From a virus: a DNA stretch of 64,000 nt. Within the stretch, counting starts at the first letter, position 1; the number at the start of each line of letters is the position of its first letter. Shown one piece after another: positions 19,919 through 27,235 of this stretch. A model generated the notes under the pieces. That model was not told the DNA's origin, made no database searches, and saw only the letters and a program-made list of their open reading frames with translations. The stretch lies in IMG/VR virus record IMGVR_UViG_3300020048_000055, positions 32,001-96,000 of that record; one strand, written 5' to 3'. Position numbers and translations under genes: made by a program.

Positions 19919-20132
19919 ATATTCCTGTTCTAAATGCAATGCTATAAAAAATGTTTCTTTTGTTTTAGGCACTCCTGCTGAGGTTCCAATTTGTGAAGAA
20001 TGTAATATCCCTATGTCAAGGGGATTTGCAAAGACTGACCTTGGAGAGATAGAGACAGATGAAATGACGAATATACGTCTTATGATGAAAAACTCTCAAT
20101 CATATACAGGAAAAGATAGAATTGCTTATTGA
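19905..20132 (+). CDS. FmdB-like zinc-ribbon protein
   Basis: MP..KYSCSKC...CEEC..PMSR; GGAG RBS. Confidence 0.7.
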   Translation: MPRIKYSCSKCNAIKNVSFVLGTPAEVPICEECNIPMSRGFAKTDLGEIETDEMTNIRLMMKNSQSYTGKDRIAY

Positions 20133-20133
20133 C

Positions 20134-20143
20134 CAACTAATTA
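20134..20143 (+). promoter_or_regulatory. Putative late promoter CAACTAATTA before the portal gene
   Basis: Recurring motif. Confidence 0.6.
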
Positions 20144-20160
20144 ATCAAGGAATAAACTAA

Positions 20161-22347
20161 ATGGCAACAAACAATTATATATCGGGAACAGCACCTAAAA
20201 GTGCTATCATTAAATCTACTTTTCATGATAGACTATCCTCTTTTTATGGATTCAGACAAACCACATCTGGTGGGCAAAACACTTCTCTTGAGAAAAGAAC
20301 AGGTGTAAAATTTGTAAAAGTAGACTTAAATAATCAAGCATATCGAGTACAAAATGCAAGCTTAGGAAATGTTTTTGATTCAAGACTTCTATCATCAAAA
20401 CTTGAAAAATACTTTGATGCGTGGATGTCCGAGACAAGTCTTTCCTATGATGATATTGCTGACAGACAAGCTCGTCTTAATGAACTTTCCTTCATGCAAT
20501 ACAATGAACCTTTCGTATCTCGTGTAGTTCAATTAGTGGCTGATGAAGCCACAAACTTGGATGAACAGGATAGACTTATTTCTATATCTTCTCCTAATGG
20601 AAACTTTATTGAAAAATGTTATGAACTATTCTCACAGTGGGGAATAACTCAACAACGTATCCATGGGGTAATGTGGGATCTTGAATTGTATGGAGAAGCT
20701 TTCTGGACACACAAGGTAACTCAGCGAGGGGTTGAAAGAATATTCCCTGCCAAAGTAAATCAAGTTATGGAACGTTTAGAGTTCAACCCCCTTCACATGG
20801 CAGAATACCTTTCTCAGAGAGACGGTTTTATGTCTGCCAATAAAAACCGTGGAGCTAAAGTTGAAGCCCTTCTTGCAGGTCTTAAAAACAAAGAAGATAC
20901 TTTCGATATAGATGAAAACTTTTCGGACATGTTTGATACAAAACTTCTGGGGTTTGAATTTCATGATGCAAACTATATTCCTCCTTGGGACGTTTCCCAT
21001 TTTAGATTTAATGCAGACCACTCTGAGTTTTTCCCTTATGGAAGACCCCCTCTAATAAGTTGTTTAGCACCTTTCAAACAATTATTTGCCGCCATGACGC
21101 TTCAAGGTATTGCAAGAACGATGTCTTTTCCAGTTACCTTATATAAAGTAAAAACAGTTGAAGGTATGAATCCTACAATGTCTTTTGATTATGTAAATGA
21201 AGTTAGAGAAGAATACGAAAATATTGGTGTATCACCTAATTCTACAGGGTCTGAACTTTATTCTATAAATACAAAGATGTGGGTACCGGATTCCTTACTT
21301 GATGTACAAATACTAAAATCAGAAGTAGAAATTGATGCTATTGATGATATTGCTTTGTTTCAAGACCGGGTAGCTGTAGCTACGGGTATTCCAAAAGGTT
21401 ACTTAATTCAAGATGAATCCACCTTTGGTACTTCTGCTGTTGCCCTTGTTGAACAATGTAAACCTTTTGCCAGACATGTTTTTGCTATTCAATCTGCTTT
21501 CCTTGATGGACTTGGAGAATTAATTAGATTGCATTTTGCTATTACAGGCGAGTTTGATTATAACACGCCCTTTACTTTAGCTATGAGATTTCCTTCAATA
21601 GAAATGTCAGAAGATAAACGTACCAGTAGAACCGCTTCACTGGAACTTACTTCTGCGGTTATGGATTTTATTAAAGGTGCAATTGGTATGGGAGAAGAGG
21701 ATTTGCTTCCCTCAACAGTAGCTACCGATATCATGACAAAGTATTCTTTCTTAGACCCAACCGATGTTATGAAATGGGTAAAACTAAGTGGACTTGCTAA
21801 GTTAACTTCAAGAGCTTCCGATGAAGATGGTGGAGATGGTGATGGTGGAGACGATATTGATTTTGACTTTGGAAGTGATGTAGGGGATTCAGGGGATGAC
21901 ACCAGTGCTGAAGATACTACGGATTTCGATGTGGATGAAGCAACTACTGAGGAACTGAAAGATTCTATCCGAAAAATGAAAAAAGCTACTAGACTTCGTG
22001 AAAAGAAACAACGGGTTAAAGCTTTAAGACAGCTCAAACAGAAACGGTTGAAAGAAATTTCTGAAAGATATCAAGAATCTAAAACCGACCTTTACTTTAC
22101 TCTTTTGGAAAAAGAACACATCCAAGAATGGAAAGGTGACGCAAAGCATACAAAGCTTGTTTCAAAAATAACTGAAAACTCCAATTTCTATGAATCCATT
22201 AAGATTTTTACAAATGAAAAAATGAAGAATGGTGGAAGACTTAAAGAAGAAGTTTATAGTCCAGCAGATATGATAAATGATACATTATCAGATGATTCTC
22301 CCATAGATAACTCTATCTCGGAAGCAATAAATGATATTATAGGATAA
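20161..22347 (+). CDS. gp20: T4 gp20-like portal protein with acidic, protease-site-rich C-terminal extension
   Basis: V...ADEAT, L.LYGE.F, SHFR, PYGRP, DDI..F.......IPKGYL, FAR.V..IQ motifs of T4-type portals. Confidence 0.85.
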   Translation: MATNNYISGTAPKSAIIKSTFHDRLSSFYGFRQTTSGGQNTSLEKRTGVKFVKVDLNNQAYRVQNASLGNVFDSRLLSSKLEKYFDAWMSETSLSYDDIADRQARLNELSFMQYNEPFVSRVVQLVADEATNLDEQDRLISISSPNGNFIEKCYELFSQWGITQQRIHGVMWDLELYGEAFWTHKVTQRGVERIFPAKVNQVMERLEFNPLHMAEYLSQRDGFMSANKNRGAKVEALLAGLKNKEDTFDIDENFSDMFDTKLLGFEFHDANYIPPWDVSHFRFNADHSEFFPYGRPPLISCLAPFKQLFAAMTLQGIARTMSFPVTLYKVKTVEGMNPTMSFDYVNEVREEYENIGVSPNSTGSELYSINTKMWVPDSLLDVQILKSEVEIDAIDDIALFQDRVAVATGIPKGYLIQDESTFGTSAVALVEQCKPFARHVFAIQSAFLDGLGELIRLHFAITGEFDYNTPFTLAMRFPSIEMSEDKRTSRTASLELTSAVMDFIKGAIGMGEEDLLPSTVATDIMTKYSFLDPTDVMKWVKLSGLAKLTSRASDEDGGDGDGGDDIDFDFGSDVGDSGDDTSAEDTTDFDVDEATTEELKDSIRKMKKATRLREKKQRVKALRQLKQKRLKEISERYQESKTDLYFTLLEKEHIQEWKGDAKHTKLVSKITENSNFYESIKIFTNEKMKNGGRLKEEVYSPADMINDTLSDDSPIDNSISEAINDIIG

Positions 22348-22353
22348 TGAAAA

Positions 22354-22521
22354 GTGAAGAAGTTTACAATCTATTTATGTCGTTGGCAAGTATCAGGGAT
22401 ATTAATGATGCCAGTACTTGCCCTTTGTACTAATCTTGGTACTGTCTGGTCAGTGATAATTGCCCAATTTATCGGTTCTCTTATTTTTTGGTTCATTGAT
22501 AAGAAGATTTTCACTTCTTGA
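22354..22521 (+). CDS. Small membrane protein (GtrA-like, 55 aa)
   Basis: Not in track. GTG start; MKKFTIYLCRWQVSGILMMPVLALCTNLGTVWSVIIAQFIGSLIFWFIDKKIFTS with two hydrophobic segments. Confidence 0.65.
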   Translation: MKKFTIYLCRWQVSGILMMPVLALCTNLGTVWSVIIAQFIGSLIFWFIDKKIFTS

Positions 22522-22546
22522 CTTTCTTAAGTGTTTTATTTATATT
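22518..22546 (+). promoter_or_regulatory. Sigma70-type promoter giving a probably leaderless transcript
   Basis: TTGACT-N17-TATATT ends 6 nt before ATG 22553; no SD. Confidence 0.65.
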
Positions 22547-22552
22547 TTATAC

Positions 22553-22855
22553 ATGAAGAAAGAAACCATTGAAAAGATTCGTGCTTACAGAACTGGAGTT
22601 CATCTCTCTCAGGAAACAAAAGAGAAAATAAGTAACACCAGCAAAAAAAGGGTGTTTACTGAAGAAACTCGCAATAAAATGACCCGTGGTAACATTGAAA
22701 TCAATGGTAAACGGGTCATTTGTGTTGAAACGGGTAAAGAATATGAAAGCATTTCAGAAGCTTCCAGAGACATACATACCGCCCCTATCTGTATTTCTCG
22801 GGTATGTAATGGAAAGAAAAACTCCATCCATGGACTGTCTTTCAGATTTTTATAA
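22553..22855 (+). CDS. NUMOD3/NUMOD1 DNA-binding protein lacking a nuclease domain (100 aa)
   Basis: HLSQETKEKIS and FTEETRNKM (NUMOD3-like); KRVICVETGKEYESISEASR...ISRVCNGK (NUMOD1-like HTH); true start probably 22553. Confidence 0.75.
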   Translation: MKKETIEKIRAYRTGVHLSQETKEKISNTSKKRVFTEETRNKMTRGNIEINGKRVICVETGKEYESISEASRDIHTAPICISRVCNGKKNSIHGLSFRFL

Positions 22856-23272
22856 AACCTTTTTTTCATCACACAAAGAGATAAATTCTTTCACATCCTC
22901 GCTACTGTAATAGTCACTCCCATGAAAATACTCAAACATGGAGAGAAGATGCCTGCTGGTATAAGTTCTCATACAGGTACGATCAACATTGTGAATAGCA
23001 TTCAAAAGATTTGCCAACGTACCTACAGGAATCGACATCCCATGCCCAGTCGGAAGACTTTCCTCGGCAAACAATACATCTTCCATGAATGCTTGAGCTT
23101 CTTTACGGTACCCCTTAGAATTGATGGGTTCAGTGGAATTGATATGTTCCTCGATAAGCTTACACAACTCCTTCACGCAAAAATCTTCATCCCGATTATT
23201 AAACCGATAATGAACCTCAAACAAAAAGTGATTGTAGGTAGCTTTTGCCATCTTAGTAATAATTGGATTCAT
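22850..23272 (-). CDS. Hypothetical early protein
   Basis: AAGGAG RBS; last gene of the early operon. Confidence 0.7.
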   Translation of the reverse strand: MNPIITKMAKATYNHFLFEVHYRFNNRDEDFCVKELCKLIEEHINSTEPINSKGYRKEAQAFMEDVLFAEESLPTGHGMSIPVGTLANLLNAIHNVDRTCMRTYTSRHLLSMFEYFHGSDYYSSEDVKEFISLCDEKKVL

Positions 23273-23282
23273 GTGTGGCTCC

Positions 23283-23564
23283 TTAAATTATGTCTACCAG
23301 AGGATACCCAATCTCTGTTCCTATCTTTTCGCAAAGTTCCAAAGCCGTATCATCATTTAAGTCCATTCCCAGAAATTCGATAATAAGATATCCGAAATCC
23401 CCTGTTCTTTGGTTTTGAGAATCCCCCTGAAGGAATACTCGGTAGTTATCCTTGTTTAGGTGAAACCATCTTTTTAATCTTAAATACAGTATAGGATTGT
23501 GTATCGACTGTATTTCATATGTATGACCACAAGCAGGGGTAGACATATATAAACCTTTAAGCAT
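23283..23564 (-). CDS. Hypothetical early protein
   Basis: AAGGAGG RBS. Confidence 0.7.
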   Translation of the reverse strand: MLKGLYMSTPACGHTYEIQSIHNPILYLRLKRWFHLNKDNYRVFLQGDSQNQRTGDFGYLIIEFLGMDLNDDTALELCEKIGTEIGYPLVDII

Positions 23565-23575
23565 AATTATCCTCC

Positions 23576-24148
23576 TTAAAAATATGAAATATTGAGGTCT
23601 TCAACATCCACAATTCTTTCTTCATTTTCCGGTGTTTTCACACAGACCCTTTTAGAACACAGACTTTTTTTGTCAGGGTCGCAAACATATCCAACGGGTT
23701 GTCCCTGATAGGAGAGCTTGTGCTGAGAGGGAAGAATCTGACTGGTATAATGTACACTGTATGAAGGTGACATCTCCTGTTCAAAGAAGTCTGGGTTTAC
23801 CATTTTAAGGTAACTATCTTCAACTTCTGAAAAGGAAAGAATAAATTTCCGGAGTTCATTGTAATCAGATGCAGACTGAAAAGTGAATTCCATGTCGCTT
23901 TTTCTTGCTGATTGATTACTGCAACAGATGAAATTATCATCAAGAAAATACGCTTTCATTCCTACAAACTGATCGGTACATAACCACTTGGTAATGTAAC
24001 ATTCAGTAAGTCTTTTGAATCCTTCTTCATCGAATTCAAGGGTCTCGTAGATACCAAGTCTTTCTGCAATGGTATAGATGCAGGTTTCAGTACGGGGTTC
24101 ATATTTTGCCCTTACGATGAGGTCTCTTATTTTCATACATACTCCCAA
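23576..24148 (-). CDS. Hypothetical early protein
   Basis: Overlapping operon organisation; real start may be the ATG at 24136. Confidence 0.7.
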   Translation of the reverse strand: MGVCMKIRDLIVRAKYEPRTETCIYTIAERLGIYETLEFDEEGFKRLTECYITKWLCTDQFVGMKAYFLDDNFICCSNQSARKSDMEFTFQSASDYNELRKFILSFSEVEDSYLKMVNPDFFEQEMSPSYSVHYTSQILPSQHKLSYQGQPVGYVCDPDKKSLCSKRVCVKTPENEERIVDVEDLNISYF

Positions 24149-24351
24149 TTACCGACTTGCTGTCGTTTGTAAATTTGCGATTGATGGTTTATGAAAAAGG
24201 TTGCATCGGAGTTTGTGCTTACGACCGATTTAAGTTCCCCGTTTTTCATCTTTTTGCTCACGGTGTCGATAATGTGGTCTGAATCAAACTCGATGACAAA
24301 AGTAACACCAGCTTTTCTCATGGTGCGTTTCACGTTGGTTTTAGTTTCCAT
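24133..24351 (-). CDS. Hypothetical early protein
   Basis: AAGGAG RBS; TAATG stop/start coupling. Confidence 0.7.
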   Translation of the reverse strand: METKTNVKRTMRKAGVTFVIEFDSDHIIDTVSKKMKNGELKSVVSTNSDATFFINHQSQIYKRQQVGNWEYV

Positions 24352-24683
24352 TAGAGTCTCCTTGCTAATATTTCGTTGGCTTCATCAAGATTCTGGCGGG
24401 ATTTTTCAAGGAGTTTTTCCTGCCGTAGAACTTGAGAGTTGAAATACGCTACCTGAGCAAAATTGGCATTCTCTTTGTCATTAAAAATTGTGTTTAGAAC
24501 ATCCTGATCACTCAATAGAATTGAGGAGTTACCAATGCTTTCAATCAAGACTATTTCATGGTAGAAAGGTTCAGGGCTGAACTTGAATCGTTCCACGAAA
24601 CGGCAAGGGAGAGCTTCTACGGGGTGTCCCATACCCATAAAGTTTGAATAATACTGAATTGTAGTGAAGTCGGTTATATTCAT
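24351..24683 (-). CDS. Hypothetical early protein
   Basis: GAGGTG RBS; ATGA overlap with upstream gene. Confidence 0.7.
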   Translation of the reverse strand: MNITDFTTIQYYSNFMGMGHPVEALPCRFVERFKFSPEPFYHEIVLIESIGNSSILLSDQDVLNTIFNDKENANFAQVAYFNSQVLRQEKLLEKSRQNLDEANEILARRL

Positions 24684-24871
24684 TTTTTCACCTCAAATAG
24701 GGTGCATCCAAAGTCAGGGGCTGTAATGAGGTAAACTTCCATACCACTGTCGTCATGGGCAGTTGCATAAATATCAAATCCTGAAAGATTCAGGTTAAAA
24801 GACCATGCTCTTCCAACTTTATCACAACTTTTATCCTTCAACCAAAACTTACAATCCTTACAATGACCCAT
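24680..24871 (-). CDS. Small Cys-rich early protein
   Basis: CKDC...C...FGC; AAGGAG RBS directly after the early promoter. Confidence 0.7.
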   Translation of the reverse strand: MGHCKDCKFWLKDKSCDKVGRAWSFNLNLSGFDIYATAHDDSGMEVYLITAPDFGCTLFEVKK

Positions 24872-24885
24872 TTGTATCTCCTTAT

Positions 24886-24936
24886 TACCTTACATATATA
24901 ATATATAGGAGTTTTAATAAAAGTTCAAAACTTTTT
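24886..24936 (-). promoter_or_regulatory. Conserved early promoter element, copy 2
   Basis: Same two identical blocks as copies 1 and 3; TTGAAC-N17-TATATT. Confidence 0.85.
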
Positions 24937-24946
24937 ACATCTAAAT

Positions 24947-24973
24947 AAAAAAAAGAGCCTTTCGGCTCTTTTT
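24947..24973 (-). terminator. Intrinsic terminator (potentially bidirectional)
   Basis: AAAAAGAGCC-TTTC-GGCTCTTTTT hairpin, GAAA loop on - strand, followed by a U tract. Confidence 0.85.
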
Positions 24974-24987
24974 ATCGTAAGTTTTGA

Positions 24988-26352
24988 TTATTTGAAGTCT
25001 TTTGGCATATTTTTCTGGAATCTTTCGTTCACAGAAGCAAGGTCAGAAATGTCTTCCCGTTCCTCAGAATACCCTGCATTTTCTAACATACGTTTTCTGT
25101 CAGAAGCTTTAACGGCGGTAGAGATACGAGCTTCCTCGGATACTCTGGCATCACCATCAATATTTCTCATATTCTTATAGAAAGAAGCTTGTGCTTCACG
25201 AAGGGTTTTTGCTCCACGAATATGTTTTTCATAAGGAACAATAGCTTCACCATAGCGGTTATACAAATCACCCCAATAGGATTCAATGTTAGCACCCTTA
25301 TTTTCACGGAAGTTTACATACCCTGAAACACGGTCTTCAAATCTAGGTTCAACATGAGCATCTGGGATGCTGTCAATCTCAACTTTTTCTTGAAGTGAAG
25401 CAAGGTTTCTCTTTGCAAGTTCAGCTTCGGTTTTGTAACGAGCTTCTTTAAGTTGAATTCTTGAAACAAGATTACTTAATTGCTTGTTTTCCTCATTGAG
25501 TGCAATAATACTCTCATTCAATTGATTTGAATTATCAGTAATTTCTATCAAGTTTTCAGTAAGTTTTGAAACTTCAACGTTTAGTTTAGAGTTTGATTCC
25601 TTAAGAGTTTTAAGCTCTAATGCAGTTTCCTTACGGGATTCTCTGAGAGATTTCACTTCTCCTACCATAACTTTAATATCAGCAGAAAGAGTATCTCTTT
25701 CTGTGAGCGTAGTAGTTAAGCGACTTTTAAGATTCTCATTTTTCTTTTCAAGAGAATTATTTCCAGAACTCAATTCTTTGTTTGTTGCGGTAACTTCTGC
25801 AAGGGTAGAACTTGTTTCCTCAAGCTTGGAAGTAAGTTCTTCAACTTTAGATTCTGAATAAACAGAAAGTTCATTCTTAGCTACTGTGGTTCTTTCAATT
25901 CTGCTCTCACGAAGTTTAATCTTTAAGTTCAACTTATTGTTTTCTTGCTTGAGTTCTTTGTTATGGGAAATAAGTGATTCACAAAGTTCTTTATAGTTTA
26001 CATTTTCTTCATTGAGATAATGAGCTTCCATAGCAACAGCTTTGGCACTCTCAGAAAATTCCTTTAATGATTCAATACCGAACTCTTCCTTGAACTCAAC
26101 AGTTTCCTGAATCATAGTTTCAAGTTTAGTTCTTTCGTCGATAAGTTTTGTTTCAACAATCTTTTTAAGTTCAGGTGCGGCACCAATCTCGAAAGTGTGA
26201 AGAATTTCTGCAAGTTCTTTTAGTCTTTCTGAGGGGTTCTTAATTTCATCGGCTTCTTTCAAAAAGTTGTTTACATATTTAACAAATACTTTTTCCTCTA
26301 TTTTGCTAAGACCAGAATCCTGTTCTGGTGCTACAACTGCATTTACGTCCAT
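24988..26352 (-). CDS. Putative nested in-frame scaffold protein (internal start M263)
   Basis: AAGGAAAGG then A-rich spacer then ATG, in frame, immediately after the protease domain. Confidence 0.55.
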   Translation of the reverse strand: MDVNAVVAPEQDSGLSKIEEKVFVKYVNNFLKEADEIKNPSERLKELAEILHTFEIGAAPELKKIVETKLIDERTKLETMIQETVEFKEEFGIESLKEFSESAKAVAMEAHYLNEENVNYKELCESLISHNKELKQENNKLNLKIKLRESRIERTTVAKNELSVYSESKVEELTSKLEETSSTLAEVTATNKELSSGNNSLEKKNENLKSRLTTTLTERDTLSADIKVMVGEVKSLRESRKETALELKTLKESNSKLNVEVSKLTENLIEITDNSNQLNESIIALNEENKQLSNLVSRIQLKEARYKTEAELAKRNLASLQEKVEIDSIPDAHVEPRFEDRVSGYVNFRENKGANIESYWGDLYNRYGEAIVPYEKHIRGAKTLREAQASFYKNMRNIDGDARVSEEARISTAVKASDRKRMLENAGYSEEREDISDLASVNERFQKNMPKDFK

Positions 26353-27138
26353 TATTTTTTCCTTTCCTTGAATAATCTTTGATTTAGGTGCGCTTTCATG
26401 AAGCTGACCTGTTTGTTCACCAGTTCCTGCAACGGGTGTTGTCTTATTATATTCCATGTTCATTGCTGAGTTATCTCCAAATACTGCCTGTGAAGGATTC
26501 AATACTATGTCAGCAACACGTTCTATCTGATAAGTTCTTGGGTCAACTACTCTATCGCTTCTTACTTCACCGAAGCCTGAGGAACTGAAACCTACACGTC
26601 CACCACAATCAATAATTTCCTGTGCTAAATGTCCATAGGGTCCTACGAAAGTACCTATACCATATACAACACCGTCTTTACCAATTTCCATATCCAACCA
26701 AACAATTGAGGAATCCTTAAAGTAACCGGGTGAGTCACCTTCTGGATGATCACATAATCCACAGAGACCTTTCCATACATCACTCTGTTTCGTTACTACA
26801 TTTTCCCAAAGTTCTTCTGTGTAAAGCCGATTATTTGCGTTTACATTGCCATAACGCCCAACTGGAAACTTATAATACTTACGTTCATTTGATTGAACGT
26901 TTGCTTCTTTTAAGTTTTTAAGTACCCTATCAAGAATGTCCGAGTTTACACTCTCCTGAAGTCTTAAAGATTCTAGATCTTTAATTAAATCATTGGCAGT
27001 TTCTTTGGTACTTTCATACAATCGAGGACCAGCTTTTATAAAGCCTTCCTTTAATGATTCTGTTATTTCATCATTACTTAACCGAATGTAAGTGTCGTTT
27101 GGCGTACAGATTGTTTCCGTCAATCTCATTAATGCCAT
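24988..27138 (-). CDS. gp21: T4 gp21-like prohead protease fused to a long coiled-coil scaffold
   Basis: NANNRLY, GLCDHP (His), VGFSSSGFG (Ser), ADIVLNPS (Asp); ~450 aa heptad-rich tail with many LxE sites. Confidence 0.85.
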   Translation of the reverse strand: MALMRLTETICTPNDTYIRLSNDEITESLKEGFIKAGPRLYESTKETANDLIKDLESLRLQESVNSDILDRVLKNLKEANVQSNERKYYKFPVGRYGNVNANNRLYTEELWENVVTKQSDVWKGLCGLCDHPEGDSPGYFKDSSIVWLDMEIGKDGVVYGIGTFVGPYGHLAQEIIDCGGRVGFSSSGFGEVRSDRVVDPRTYQIERVADIVLNPSQAVFGDNSAMNMEYNKTTPVAGTGEQTGQLHESAPKSKIIQGKEKIMDVNAVVAPEQDSGLSKIEEKVFVKYVNNFLKEADEIKNPSERLKELAEILHTFEIGAAPELKKIVETKLIDERTKLETMIQETVEFKEEFGIESLKEFSESAKAVAMEAHYLNEENVNYKELCESLISHNKELKQENNKLNLKIKLRESRIERTTVAKNELSVYSESKVEELTSKLEETSSTLAEVTATNKELSSGNNSLEKKNENLKSRLTTTLTERDTLSADIKVMVGEVKSLRESRKETALELKTLKESNSKLNVEVSKLTENLIEITDNSNQLNESIIALNEENKQLSNLVSRIQLKEARYKTEAELAKRNLASLQEKVEIDSIPDAHVEPRFEDRVSGYVNFRENKGANIESYWGDLYNRYGEAIVPYEKHIRGAKTLREAQASFYKNMRNIDGDARVSEEARISTAVKASDRKRMLENAGYSEEREDISDLASVNERFQKNMPKDFK

Positions 27139-27235
27139 TTCTGTTCTCCTATTTCATACGAAGTTCATTTAATTACTTTTCACTTACGAAAGTAAACTTA
27201 TACCTATTTAGTTCAACTTTAATAGAAAGACTAAA

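Noticed and set aside
22460-22552. N-terminal extension of the NUMOD ORF given in the track
   Set aside because: It overlaps a better small membrane-protein ORF (22354-22521) and the promoter.
22347-22855. Group I intron around the NUMOD gene
   Set aside because: Flanking genes look complete, the ORF has its own promoter, and there is no room for an intron core.
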